In this document: positions 9,874 to 20,872 of the stretch, in pieces | Numbering within the stretch: the stretch's first letter is position 1 | Layout of the letters: each line of letters starts with the position of its first letter | Origin: a virus | Lineage: Duplodnaviria > Caudoviricetes | IMG/VR virus record: IMGVR_UViG_3300031555_004297 | Reading direction: 5' to 3' (one strand) | Length of the DNA: 64,000 nt | Program-made: the position numbers and the translations under genes | Notes under the pieces: model-generated | What the model saw: only the letters and a program-made list of their open reading frames with translations | Database searches by the model: none | Told to the model about the DNA's origin: nothing

Positions 9874-11641
9874 AATCGTCATCTTCCTCCATTTCAATAA
9901 TCTCACCTTGATCTGCATTAATTACTGGTTTAATAATTTGTTGCATCGTTGAGATTATTTCGGAGGTCATCTTAATATCCTCTTGACGATCGTGACCAAG
10001 CACTCTTTCTTCAAAGATAAGAGCATCTTTAAGATTGTGTGCTTGTTTATATTCGTCCATAAGAGCCATAAACTCTTGCTCCCATGAATTAGGTTCCTGA
10101 TATTCATCAAAGAAACCATCATAGTTTGGAGCGAAAGGACAAAGTGTTCCAGTAATACCAGGATTGCCGTCGCTCGATGCATCAAGGTCGACTCTTCCTA
10201 CATGACTGGGATGAATGGATCTATAGATATCGGGAATAGAGTTATTAGATCCCTCGCCAAGGCCCGAGACACCTTTATATGTGTATTTCAAAGCCTGCAT
10301 GGAATCCATATCATTTACCATATTTCTATAAGATACCATTTTAGATTTTGTAATAGCCACAAGCAAGTAGTTCGGATCGGTACGAATAGCCTTACGAATA
10401 CTCATAATTGTAGCTTTCTTATTCATATCAGAAACTCTGTAGATACCTCTTGCAATCTTAAATGCATAAAGAGAAGCAATATATTCAGCGAATCTGATTC
10501 TCTTCCATCTAATATCAAGATTGTCTTTCATACGAAGAGCGTTAAACTCTCGCATAATCCATCTTAAAATATGATAGGTGGTTTCCTTATCTTCCATAGG
10601 AAGCTTGATTGAATCTCTTGTACTGATATCATAAATAGACTCGAAAGAATCAAGAATACTAATACCTTTATCAAGAGTATCTGGGGTGCTATCGTCTTCA
10701 GGGTCGTAAATAGCGATCATACGTTCTGCTCCACCACCACTAAATTCAGCACCAAGGCTTCTAAGCCAATAAAGATCTGTAAAATATTCCTCAAAAGCAA
10801 TACCTTCAATAATACTTCCACAAAGAGTAATAACTACAGACTGTAAAAGTACATTTCTATCAAGAAGATATCTGGGAGTGCTTAAGAATGCTCCATCATG
10901 AATACGGAATGTATACATATCTGGATCATGAGGATTATTTCTAGTAAGGTAGATTGCTCCTTCAAGTCCAAAGAATCTCAATCCACCATAAAATCCGAAT
11001 TTAGCAAAGATATACTTTGCCGCAGGAATACCTTTATTAAAGATTCTAGAATGATAATATGTCAGTCTAAGGTCTTCACCTTCGGTTGTTTGAATCATAT
11101 TATAATATCTAGTAACTCTAACAGCCATAAAGATTATCTTAAGAGTAATGCTAGGCACTTTTGCATTCGAGGTTCCATTGTTATAGGTACTTCCATCAAC
11201 AATTTGGAATAGGGTTGAACGCATGATACCATTGATCTTAAAATAATATTTATCTACAACTTTAGGAATAGCAATAAGGACATCAAGATACGTATCCTCA
11301 GCTCTATCCTTAATATAATACGTAACCTTTACAAGACGAATACAAGATTCATTAAGATTAATGCATCCATATTGGTTGTCACGCTTCTTGGTTTTGGATT
11401 TATTCTTAGTAAGGTCTTCATAATAATTATAAAGCATCTCATTAATTCTGTCATAATCATCAATAACCTCATAAGAATGAACCTTAATCGTAAAATACTG
11501 ATTTTCTCTCTGACAAGAGTAGATGACATTCATAAGTTCAGTTACAATTTCATCTTCATCTCGTCTGAAATACATAGGGTTGAATTTAGGCCTATTTTGA
11601 TCGATGAACATCGCCATCGCTTGTCTCTGATTCATCATCAT
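9860..11641 (-). CDS. phage multisubunit RNA polymerase, beta-like N-terminal subunit (probably non-virion)
   Basis: FKING...FQ and RSIHPSHVGRVD...GNPGITGTL match RpoB motifs F-ING-ERV-Q and RDVHPTHYGR...GPNIGL. Confidence 0.85.
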   Translation of the reverse strand: MMMNQRQAMAMFIDQNRPKFNPMYFRRDEDEIVTELMNVIYSCQRENQYFTIKVHSYEVIDDYDRINEMLYNYYEDLTKNKSKTKKRDNQYGCINLNESCIRLVKVTYYIKDRAEDTYLDVLIAIPKVVDKYYFKINGIMRSTLFQIVDGSTYNNGTSNAKVPSITLKIIFMAVRVTRYYNMIQTTEGEDLRLTYYHSRIFNKGIPAAKYIFAKFGFYGGLRFFGLEGAIYLTRNNPHDPDMYTFRIHDGAFLSTPRYLLDRNVLLQSVVITLCGSIIEGIAFEEYFTDLYWLRSLGAEFSGGGAERMIAIYDPEDDSTPDTLDKGISILDSFESIYDISTRDSIKLPMEDKETTYHILRWIMREFNALRMKDNLDIRWKRIRFAEYIASLYAFKIARGIYRVSDMNKKATIMSIRKAIRTDPNYLLVAITKSKMVSYRNMVNDMDSMQALKYTYKGVSGLGEGSNNSIPDIYRSIHPSHVGRVDLDASSDGNPGITGTLCPFAPNYDGFFDEYQEPNSWEQEFMALMDEYKQAHNLKDALIFEERVLGHDRQEDIKMTSEIISTMQQIIKPVINADQGEIIEMEEDDDYGTD

Positions 11642-11644
11642 AGC

Positions 11645-12283
11645 TTATTCCTCCTCATCTACTGTAGCAGTCTCTCCAGTTAATTCAACTGTAATAGACT
11701 TTCCAATAGGATTCGGTACATCACCAGATGCATCTTCGATTGTAATAGTTGCCTTAATATCAAGAGCATTACAAATAGATCTGAGTTTGCCAAATGTAAT
11801 GCTATTTTTCTTGAGAAGACGCTTATCATTATTATAATTAGGACCAAATCTAGGTTCATACTTATCAAGATCGATATGCTTCTCAATAACTGCTTCTTTT
11901 AATGCTTTCATCTCAGGAGTATCATTCTCTTTAATCTCCGGAGCGAATACATTATCAATTGTCGTTAGGACAGTTCTTTCAGCACTTGCAAGTCTCTGCT
12001 GAGTCATAATAATTTCTCTGAGATTTGTTGCATCTCTGAAATTAATTACATTCTGCTGGCTATAGAGACTGGCCTCTCCATATGTCGGAGGCTTAAAGAA
12101 ATCTAATGCGCCAGTCGGATAGAATCCAGGACGAGAATCCGTTCTAGTTCTAATTGGATAAATATATCCATCATCTCCCTTAATAGCTGTATATGAATTC
12201 CAGCCATTGGGGTTTTGATAGAATTCATCTATAGTTATAACATCATAGATGACGTCTTCTATCTTTGCCTTTTCTAAAGACAT
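11645..12283 (-). CDS. hypothetical protein, possible C-terminal XRE-like helix-turn-helix
   Basis: ITFGKLRSICNALDI; AAGGAGG before MSLEK. Confidence 0.7.
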   Translation of the reverse strand: MSLEKAKIEDVIYDVITIDEFYQNPNGWNSYTAIKGDDGYIYPIRTRTDSRPGFYPTGALDFFKPPTYGEASLYSQQNVINFRDATNLREIIMTQQRLASAERTVLTTIDNVFAPEIKENDTPEMKALKEAVIEKHIDLDKYEPRFGPNYNNDKRLLKKNSITFGKLRSICNALDIKATITIEDASGDVPNPIGKSITVELTGETATVDEEE

Positions 12284-12359
12284 AATTTCATCCTCCTTAT
12301 AAATACTAAAAATAAACCGGATGGCGTAAACCATCCGGTTTACACCCGGAGTGATTTAG

Positions 12360-12971
12360 TTACAGTGCAGCATCATTCTTAATGATCTGCTTAATGTACT
12401 CTCCAGGTACGATCGACATAACCTTTACACCACTTTCAATCGCTACAGAAGCGGTAAAGACGCCACGAAGATTTACCGTGACTTCTTCGGTCTCGTTTGC
12501 ATTTACATCGAGGAAACTAACAATGGTATCAATAAGAGTATTGAATACCTGATACATGAGTTCTGTACTACGGAAACGGCCATAGCAGATATTGCTTGCC
12601 TCATTACCTGCACAACGTACGAAGACATCGCTATGATTGTCAACAACCACATCAAGGTCAGTCATATCAGACTCATCAAGAGTCATCTGCAGATACCAGT
12701 TTCCGGAATCTTCTTCGGAGCCCTCTTCAGGCTTCGTGTAAACGAGAATTGCACCAAGCTTAAAATTGCCCTTCTCATCTTTCATAATCATACCAACACG
12801 CTCAGTGTCTTTGGTCTGATGAAGTTTCAGTGTGTCAGCAATTGCTGCGAACATTGCTCTGCACAAATCAGCAGTACGGGTATCCACCCAAAGCATGCCA
12901 AAATTGTCCTTCAGGTTCATCGAGTACTGGCTGGGAATGCTTGTCTGTTCGAATTCAAATGTTTTGCTCAT
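12360..12971 (-). CDS. hypothetical protein with an HU/IHF-like C-terminal pattern
   Basis: GGAGG before MSKTF; ends VTVNLRGVFT...IVPGEYIKQIIK. Confidence 0.7.
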   Translation of the reverse strand: MSKTFEFEQTSIPSQYSMNLKDNFGMLWVDTRTADLCRAMFAAIADTLKLHQTKDTERVGMIMKDEKGNFKLGAILVYTKPEEGSEEDSGNWYLQMTLDESDMTDLDVVVDNHSDVFVRCAGNEASNICYGRFRSTELMYQVFNTLIDTIVSFLDVNANETEEVTVNLRGVFTASVAIESGVKVMSIVPGEYIKQIIKNDAAL

Positions 12972-13085
12972 GGTAAAATTTATCCTCCATTTTTCTTTAT
13001 AATAAAAGCCTCCCAATGAGCTTGAGAGGCTTTGTATTACTTTTATAATATGTGATTAATAGAAAGTTTAACTCGTTGTAAACTT

Positions 13086-15380
13086 TTACAAAATATATTT
13101 GTCTGGATTTAGCTTGAATGCAGCCATGTCTACTATAATTGTTTGATCTCCAACTTTATTAGTTTTAGAGCTGGTAAAGCCTTCATAAGGAACAACCAAG
13201 ATATCTGTATTCTTTGTAACTCCAGCATCACCTCTAGCATCACAACCTCTAGAGGTAAGATATTGTGTCAATTGATCATCTGGGCGACATCCTGTATATC
13301 TGATAATCTTTCCAAATTTCATTCCATAAGAAATTACTATATTGGGAAGATTAATAATCTCAGAAATATCATCAGCAAGATCTCTTCTCTCAGAAACTAT
13401 CGTTTTAGCTGTAACTCCTCCAATACCTTTAATTGCAATCAATTCGCAATACAAGCTATTATCATCCATAACTACAAGCTTATTGAACGGAATCTCATTG
13501 AGAATCTTTTTCCATGTTTCGATAGCGATTCCTGTAAATCCAATAGATCCCATTAATTCATAATCCTTAATAGGTGTTGACTTTACAGCATTGATTCTAT
13601 CTAAAAGTTTTTCTGCAGTTGTAGGTCCTAGTTTCTTTACGTCTTCATAAGTGTAATTCAGAAGCTCTGTTAAACTTTGAGTTCCTAATTCTCTGAAAGT
13701 ACTTTCTCCGAAGTCTTTCAAATTAAGTTTAGACATCATGTTTGTCATTCTCTGAATCGTTCTTTCAGGACATTTCTTATTAGGACAAATTGCAGATTTA
13801 CCAGATTCATTGATTACAATTTCAGCTCCGCAGAATGGACAATTAGTAGGAAATGGTACCGGTTCTCCAGGATTATTGAAATTGTGATCCACTGGTGGTT
13901 TTGTTACATATGGCATTACATCATTCGTATATTCGACTTGAATAATATCTCCGATCTTTAGTCCAAGATCCATAAATCTTTTATATGAATGACCACTAGA
14001 CTTAGTATGAATCGTCCCAATAAATTCTACTGGTGTATAATGAATCATTGGCGTCACAACTCCGTCTTGTCCAACAGTAAAGGTATAGCCTGTAAAGATC
14101 GCTTCTCTAGATAGAGGATTGAACTTGATTGCCATACTATACTTATTAATTGAGTTTTCTCTTCCAAGTGCTTTGATAATTTCAGGATCTCTATAGGATA
14201 TGACTACACCATCATACATAAATGGTAGTACATTTCTCATAGCTTCTGCTTCTTTAACAAATTTATATACCTGGAAAAGAATTTCTGTATAGGTTCCACT
14301 TAGAATTGCATACTTAAGATATACACCAGAATGGTAATATTTATTAAGAAACTCAATCTCAGTGACCCTATCAATATCTTCGATAGAAGTTGCAAGAGGA
14401 ACAAGTGTAATAAGATCTCTATAGTCATAAGCATCAGATGATCCTAGAAGACCAGTCATACCATTTCTACTATTCTTATAAGCTTTTCCTCTTAATCTAC
14501 CCATTTTATCGAGGTTTTCATAAGTCATGATAGCCTCAAATTTCATTCCGAAAGCTTCTGTAGCTGGTATCTCAGGAGCATAGGGAAATACATAGCCGCC
14601 AAGTACTTCAGTCATATCAGCAGCTATATCTGCATTTGCATCACCTCTAGATCTTGCACTCAAGATCTTATTAGTAACATCAGCTTCGACAGATACTCCA
14701 TCATATTTAAGCTCTGCGATAAGCTCAAATGGAGTAGTCATGTCAATAAGACCCATTTGAAGATGCTTGCCTAAGAAATCTCTTTCAAATATCTTGACGT
14801 TGTCATCATCAAATACATCTTTTTCCATTGCTTCTTTATTTAATGTAAACTTACACTTATCAAGCGATCCAACAAGTTTAGGATACATGTGAGGCACATT
14901 TACATTCTTTTTAGCAATCACTTTACCAGAATTTCTATCAATATCCTGATACAATTTCAGATCGATAGGTGGAGCTTTAATAAGATCATCATAATATAAA
15001 CTACCATCTAAAAACTTCTGAGGTTCGTCCATAAATATCATAGGTTCAATAAATTCTCCAGACTTTGTTTCCTCACCATTCTGATTAAATCGAATGACTG
15101 GAGATCCTACTTGGAATTGTTTATCATACTGCTTGTATTTCTCAAGCAAAAGATCATATACTCCATCATCTAGAAAGAGTACAGACCTATCTGTATTATT
15201 GTAGACAATTTGACTGATCATAATAATGGTGCTTGCACACATCTGATCATATTCATCTAAAACTGGTCTATTCAATAGACTTATAGCATAATCAGAAACC
15301 TTAATAATATTATTAGAAGACAGGCATGATAAGTCGGCCTCCATTAATTGATTAAGGATTCTTTTTAGTAATTCATGCAT
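13086..15380 (-). CDS. ligA: NAD-dependent DNA ligase
   Basis: ELKYDG adenylation motif, SRGD, YDGVV, Cys4 zinc finger (CPFC...CPNKKC), HhH repeats, C-terminal BRCT. Confidence 0.93.
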   Translation of the reverse strand: MHELLKRILNQLMEADLSCLSSNNIIKVSDYAISLLNRPVLDEYDQMCASTIIMISQIVYNNTDRSVLFLDDGVYDLLLEKYKQYDKQFQVGSPVIRFNQNGEETKSGEFIEPMIFMDEPQKFLDGSLYYDDLIKAPPIDLKLYQDIDRNSGKVIAKKNVNVPHMYPKLVGSLDKCKFTLNKEAMEKDVFDDDNVKIFERDFLGKHLQMGLIDMTTPFELIAELKYDGVSVEADVTNKILSARSRGDANADIAADMTEVLGGYVFPYAPEIPATEAFGMKFEAIMTYENLDKMGRLRGKAYKNSRNGMTGLLGSSDAYDYRDLITLVPLATSIEDIDRVTEIEFLNKYYHSGVYLKYAILSGTYTEILFQVYKFVKEAEAMRNVLPFMYDGVVISYRDPEIIKALGRENSINKYSMAIKFNPLSREAIFTGYTFTVGQDGVVTPMIHYTPVEFIGTIHTKSSGHSYKRFMDLGLKIGDIIQVEYTNDVMPYVTKPPVDHNFNNPGEPVPFPTNCPFCGAEIVINESGKSAICPNKKCPERTIQRMTNMMSKLNLKDFGESTFRELGTQSLTELLNYTYEDVKKLGPTTAEKLLDRINAVKSTPIKDYELMGSIGFTGIAIETWKKILNEIPFNKLVVMDDNSLYCELIAIKGIGGVTAKTIVSERRDLADDISEIINLPNIVISYGMKFGKIIRYTGCRPDDQLTQYLTSRGCDARGDAGVTKNTDILVVPYEGFTSSKTNKVGDQTIIVDMAAFKLNPDKYIL

Positions 15381-15482
15381 AAAATATTCTCCTTTCTTTT
15401 TATCAAAGGAATAATATATAATCTAAAAATAAATTGTCGTAGAAAGTGGCATAGAGGCATGACACCTCTATGCCATTTACGG

Positions 15483-17726
15483 TTACTTATTATTAGATGC
15501 TGCTTCCTCTTTAGCCTTTTTTGCAGCTTCGAGGGCTTCGCCTTCAAGGAATTCCATAGGATAGATTTCCATAGGCCATTTATAATCCCTTGTTCTAAGA
15601 AGTCTTTGATACTCGGCTTCCATATCGATCTTTTCATCTTTATGATGGAAGACCATAGGTTCTACGAGTCTTCTAGGATCATCCCAGAAATACATAGGAT
15701 CGATAAGCATAGCATGCTCTTTCTTCTTGGCAATCTTATCAAATGTAAGTTTCAATCCCATAGTTTTCAAATAAACATTAAGGATTTCTACATTACGATT
15801 CTTAGATTCCATATCAAGCTTAACGTCGACATTGAATGCATCGCCAGTAAGCATTGATTCAGTAAGACGTCTTGCGTTAGGAGATGTCGAATAGAGCATC
15901 AACATCTGTACAACAAGTTTGGCACCCAGATGAATAAGATTTCCGGTTTCCATGTCTCCAAAGCGTATTGGTGTTCTAGAGAACAAGGCACGATAGTTAT
16001 TACTGGATTTGCTCTTACTATTTTCATTTCTGATATTGGTAGCAGACAAAGATGTTACTGAAAACTTCTCTTCTGCATACTGTTTCAGACGATAGATATA
16101 TTGATATCCGTAAATCATAGGTCTTCTGGAGGGTACGTATTTGATTTCTCCAGCAGAATCCTTGATTGGCATCATCATTCTCTCAGGCTTGGCCCAGGGG
16201 AATGCTTCATAAAGTTGAGCTAGTTTATCAATCGTCATGTTCTCGCTCATCGGTTCGATAACGAGATACATGCATTTTTCCTCAGCATAGACATTTGAGA
16301 TATATGCAATACACTCATCATCTGTCATTCTACTGAACTGCTCTTCTGTAAAATGTACCATTGAAGGAGCCACGATCTGTAACAACTCAAGATACATTTC
16401 AACACATTGACCTACATCGAGCACATTCAGATTTATAAATCTGAGCATTTGCATACAGATATAGGTTAAAGAGATTTCAAACAGCTGACCTGCGTTTTCT
16501 CTACCATATACGCCACACATGTTTAAGATAACATCGATTACCTTTCCATCTATGGTTCTCGGCATTTCGCTATCAGGTTTAACTCTTGCAGTAATACCTT
16601 TACCGCCATATCTATTGGAGAGTTTATCTCCACGAAGCACAGGAATCTCTTCTATAAGAGTAATCTCAAGCTCAATATTCGAGAATACACGTTCAGAAAA
16701 ATACTGCTTACCGCTAAGAATACCTCTGCAATCAGATACAAGCTTTGAAAGATCATAATCGAATCTGCATCCAGCATCTACATAAGGCTGAAGAAGATCA
16801 ATTACTTCATTTGCAAGTCTAATCTTTTCTTCATAATATCTCTTAATCTGAGTATTATGAACATACTCCTCTAGTTTTTCAGGAGCATTAGAATATACAT
16901 CGATATCGACTACTCGACCAGCGACTGTATATCTTTCATCAGAAATTGAAAGCTCTCTAAGTCTAGCATAAGACTGAGAGAACAAGCATTCTTCCTTCTT
17001 CTCTCTACGGAATCCACAAAGAATGCTATTAATTGTTTCTTCACCAATATCTGGGAAGATCTTATAGACCTCCGAATTACCGTAAAGATTAAGGGGAATA
17101 TCGTTATCATTAACGACGATTCTTACTTTCTTCACAAGTGGAGATGCAAGCTTCTTAGAAGCCGATTCAGAAATAACGATAGCATCCTCCATTGTTTCTT
17201 CACATGAAGAATACATTGTCAGAAGGTTTTTGCCATCCATACGATTATCATACTCATCAAATGACATACTCTTTTGAATCACTGTACCTTTGGGAATGAA
17301 GGTACCAGGACTCATATAGTCAATAGCATCATTATTGAGAAGATAGCCATAATTTTCTGTAATGTGTTTATATTCTTTTCTCTCGAAAAGACGGATCTCA
17401 CCAGTTTCTCTATTTAAAGCAAACATGTAATAGTGATGCTTAGGACAGAAAGAAAACTTGGGTATGCATCCGATTACCTCGAGATCATATTCAACCGCAA
17501 TATATGAAGATGAATTTCGTCCAAATTCATTCTCATAGCCAGTCATAATATATGGAACATCGGGAGATATGAGAGATAGTTTCTGCTCAAGCTGGCTTCC
17601 GTACATGAGTTTACGAGAACCCGAGTTTGATGGAGAAAACGGCATCATTGCTCCTTTTCCAAGAATTAAGTCTGGCTTCTCTGTTTGGATACTTTGAATT
17701 TCGTTTCGCAAATTAACTGAAGCCAT
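15483..17726 (-). CDS. phage multisubunit RNA polymerase, beta-like C-terminal subunit (probably non-virion)
   Basis: EDAIVIS, GDKLSNRYGGKG (RpoB GDKMAGRHGNKG), RENAGQLFE, RFGDME. Confidence 0.92.
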   Translation of the reverse strand: MASVNLRNEIQSIQTEKPDLILGKGAMMPFSPSNSGSRKLMYGSQLEQKLSLISPDVPYIMTGYENEFGRNSSSYIAVEYDLEVIGCIPKFSFCPKHHYYMFALNRETGEIRLFERKEYKHITENYGYLLNNDAIDYMSPGTFIPKGTVIQKSMSFDEYDNRMDGKNLLTMYSSCEETMEDAIVISESASKKLASPLVKKVRIVVNDNDIPLNLYGNSEVYKIFPDIGEETINSILCGFRREKKEECLFSQSYARLRELSISDERYTVAGRVVDIDVYSNAPEKLEEYVHNTQIKRYYEEKIRLANEVIDLLQPYVDAGCRFDYDLSKLVSDCRGILSGKQYFSERVFSNIELEITLIEEIPVLRGDKLSNRYGGKGITARVKPDSEMPRTIDGKVIDVILNMCGVYGRENAGQLFEISLTYICMQMLRFINLNVLDVGQCVEMYLELLQIVAPSMVHFTEEQFSRMTDDECIAYISNVYAEEKCMYLVIEPMSENMTIDKLAQLYEAFPWAKPERMMMPIKDSAGEIKYVPSRRPMIYGYQYIYRLKQYAEEKFSVTSLSATNIRNENSKSKSSNNYRALFSRTPIRFGDMETGNLIHLGAKLVVQMLMLYSTSPNARRLTESMLTGDAFNVDVKLDMESKNRNVEILNVYLKTMGLKLTFDKIAKKKEHAMLIDPMYFWDDPRRLVEPMVFHHKDEKIDMEAEYQRLLRTRDYKWPMEIYPMEFLEGEALEAAKKAKEEAASNNK

Positions 17727-17813
17727 AGTTTTATTCTCCTTTATTTCTCTTTAAAAGATCTGATGAGAGTAGACCCTCATCAGATCTATAATATATTTAC
17801 AAACAGCTATTTA

Positions 17814-19064
17814 TTACATTGCTGCTGCAAGTTCTGCATTGATAGCAGAATTAATATCATCTACGATAGAATAATTAAACTCATCAAGAGTTTGTTCTAC
17901 ATCGTATCTATCAAGCTCATCCTTAAGCATTGCCATTACTTCCTGGATAAATGCTTGACGAAGTTCAGGAATCTCTCTAAGCTTTTCTTTGAAAGCCTTC
18001 TGAGAGAACTTGTATTCTGATTTATCTCCAATATATAAGTAAGCTCCAGCACCATTAATTCTCTTGGCATTCTTAAGCATTACAAACAAGGAGAGTTCAG
18101 GATCAAATCCTCTGGTTTGATCAAATACCAAAGTACAGCTCTTTCCGGCTCTATTAGTTCTAGATTTAACAAGAGTCAAATCTACCATATTTCCGGAAAT
18201 ACCAAACGCTTCATCTTCTTTCATCTTTGAATTATCATCGAATCTAAGAAGAAGGTTTGTAAGATAAATTGCAGTATTACCACCAGGAAGCGTCTCATCC
18301 TGTTTGAGATAACTTACCTGCGACTTAGTTCTCTGCATAGGATTAATATCGATCTTCTTATTGATATGATTAATCATAATAAGAATGATATTAGCACTCT
18401 TAAGCATAGGGATAACGCGCTTAAATGTGCTAGAGTTTGTCTTTGATGCTGCAGTTGCACTCATCGACCCGGAAAGTTCCTCCTCCTCAGTATACTTTTC
18501 AGGCATAAGAAGTGCAAGAGAGTCAAGAATATAAACTGTAGGCTCTAGTTTATAAATTCTCTCGCCACGAGAATCGAAATATCCAGTATCATATTCATAA
18601 TCTTCTCTATTCTCAAGTTTAAGATCATGAATCATCTTAATACGCTCATAGAAGTTTTCAGCAGTAATACCAGTATTTCTAGAGATATATTTCTGCTCAA
18701 GAAGTTCTCCATGGAATCCAGAAAGAAGTTCTTTACGATTGGCATCGATACCTCCTTCGATATCATCATGGAAAATACATCCATTAGCAAAAGGTCTTAC
18801 AATGTTTGCAGCTACCTGAACTGCAAATGTGGTTTTACCACATCCAGATCTACCGATAAAACATACGAGAGAACCATCTTGAATACCAGTAGAATAATAA
18901 TTGAACTTTCGTTCATTAGATCTTACATGAACAACCGTTCCATTCATGAAGTCAAAGTTCAGAAATCCAGTAGAATAGCTTGCACCAGCCCCAGATTCTG
19001 CTTTCATGCGATAATCTTTGTGTTTAGACACTGCCTGTCTAAACGTTGTAGCAAGAGTACCCAT
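17814..19064 (-). CDS. uvsX: RecA/UvsX-like recombinase
   Basis: Walker A GRSGCGKT, ILDSLA, INH, LPGG, VKSR. Confidence 0.88.
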   Translation of the reverse strand: MGTLATTFRQAVSKHKDYRMKAESGAGASYSTGFLNFDFMNGTVVHVRSNERKFNYYSTGIQDGSLVCFIGRSGCGKTTFAVQVAANIVRPFANGCIFHDDIEGGIDANRKELLSGFHGELLEQKYISRNTGITAENFYERIKMIHDLKLENREDYEYDTGYFDSRGERIYKLEPTVYILDSLALLMPEKYTEEEELSGSMSATAASKTNSSTFKRVIPMLKSANIILIMINHINKKIDINPMQRTKSQVSYLKQDETLPGGNTAIYLTNLLLRFDDNSKMKEDEAFGISGNMVDLTLVKSRTNRAGKSCTLVFDQTRGFDPELSLFVMLKNAKRINGAGAYLYIGDKSEYKFSQKAFKEKLREIPELRQAFIQEVMAMLKDELDRYDVEQTLDEFNYSIVDDINSAINAELAAAM

Positions 19065-19176
19065 ATTAATTTATCCTCCTTTTAAAGTTACTCATAACTA
19101 TTGTGTTATTAAAAAGTTATGGGCTATATAAATATATAAAAAATAAGAGCGTACCGAAGTACGCTCTTAAAAGATT

Positions 19177-20055
19177 TTACGGAATCTGTTTTCCGTCGGA
19201 CGAAGACAAGTAGTCAACGACCCTCGTGATTTTAGAATAATCTCCGCTTAATGCATGAAGACTAAATCTTACCTGAGGATATCCTGCAAACTCCCATTCT
19301 GCAGCATAACCAATCAATACTTTTCTGATATTCTCAGAAGTCATGTTGTTGAGAATTACCAGAACGGCAAGTCCTACAGTTCCATATACTTCTACAAAAT
19401 TATCACCAAAATCAATCTGCTGACGAAGAGTATAACAGTCAAACATTGTTGCATAAAACAGATCAGAAATTCTATCGAATAGCTTTTCATAAATCCATAC
19501 AATTGTCTGCTCTGTCATGACATCTGGATCTCTCATATAAATAGCAAAATTAAGACGAGCTACATTCGTTCTTTCATTTGCTGAAGAATATCTACAGAGA
19601 GCCAAATTGCATGCGGTATTTTCATCAAGACCAATCGAGATAAGTCTATTGATTGCCTCTCTATTAACAACTCTGCTCATATTCAAGTATTGAAGCTTGA
19701 TATTAGGATCAGGGTTATCAGAAGTAAAGTAATCATAAGTGATCTTGTTACATGCTAGCTTGGTATTATAGTCAATCGGAATAGAATTGATTGCTCTAAT
19801 AAAGCTAGAAATAAATTTTTGGTCTCTAAAAAGAGGGCCATAATCTTGATCATTTTGAAGTATATCCATAGCGATGACATCTATATTATTCTTGATCAGA
19901 ATTGCAAGATTGTGTTCATCCATCTGCGGAATACTAGGAATCGATTGTTTAAAAATATTTCGATTAAGCTGATCGAAACTAGCTGATACTAATTTAGGTG
20001 TAACAGGCTGCATATTCTGCACCTGATTATAAAATCCTTCAAGTGGATAAGGCAT
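19177..20055 (-). CDS. hypothetical protein
   Basis: 292-aa ORF with AGGAGG and an upstream TATATTAT site. Confidence 0.8.
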   Translation of the reverse strand: MPYPLEGFYNQVQNMQPVTPKLVSASFDQLNRNIFKQSIPSIPQMDEHNLAILIKNNIDVIAMDILQNDQDYGPLFRDQKFISSFIRAINSIPIDYNTKLACNKITYDYFTSDNPDPNIKLQYLNMSRVVNREAINRLISIGLDENTACNLALCRYSSANERTNVARLNFAIYMRDPDVMTEQTIVWIYEKLFDRISDLFYATMFDCYTLRQQIDFGDNFVEVYGTVGLAVLVILNNMTSENIRKVLIGYAAEWEFAGYPQVRFSLHALSGDYSKITRVVDYLSSSDGKQIP

Positions 20056-20241
20056 ATATTTTACCTCCTTTATAATATAAAGATTTATGTAATTTCTATA
20101 TTATAATATGTAGTCAAATTATTTTTAAGAAAAAATAAATTTATCTTTTGGGTTAGATAGGAAGGAGCTTGACTCTCCTTCCTATCTATGAGGATAAATT
20201 TAAATGATTTTGATAAGTTGGCAAGCTTATATTCACATCAT

Positions 20242-20778
20242 TTATCTGTAAGTTGGTTGTGCATTATCTTTTAAATATTCTTTTCTATCATTTTCGATAG
20301 CTCTTATGAATGCATTGACTCGATCAGTGGCTCCAAAGAATCCCATCCAATGGTGTTCAAAATCCCACCAGAAATTATTATGGATTCTTCTCCATCTAAG
20401 ATCTTCAATATCTCTTCCTCCATCTGTAAAATGACACCAGAGATAACAAGGTTCTTTTAAACCTCTATCATTTCCTTTTCTGGAATATGCTGCGATAGAA
20501 TTTTGAATAGTTTCGAAATCGTCTTCATGACAGAAGATATAGAAAGGTGTATCTGCCATATTTTTAAGATAAGATTCGCGGAGAGCGTATTTATTATAGT
20601 TCTCCATAATATATTCAAAGCTTCTTCTTGAAGCTCCGAATTCGTATTCTGCTGATCCCATGTAATTGAAATACACGAACTTGTTATTCCCATATCCGAG
20701 GACAATTTCTTCAGATTTGATATCTTTTTCGATCTGACCTGTTTGAATTAGGTAAAATTGCATTACTTGATTACACAT
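20242..20778 (-). CDS. hypothetical protein
   Basis: 178-aa ORF with an AAAGGA ribosome-binding site. Confidence 0.75.
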   Translation of the reverse strand: MCNQVMQFYLIQTGQIEKDIKSEEIVLGYGNNKFVYFNYMGSAEYEFGASRRSFEYIMENYNKYALRESYLKNMADTPFYIFCHEDDFETIQNSIAAYSRKGNDRGLKEPCYLWCHFTDGGRDIEDLRWRRIHNNFWWDFEHHWMGFFGATDRVNAFIRAIENDRKEYLKDNAQPTYR

Positions 20779-20872
20779 TAGAATTGTTCCTTTCTTTTAA
20801 CTACGATGGCCTGCATGCGTAATACTATTTGCAGCATCTTTAGCATTGTTAACTCCTATATTTAAATATGTA

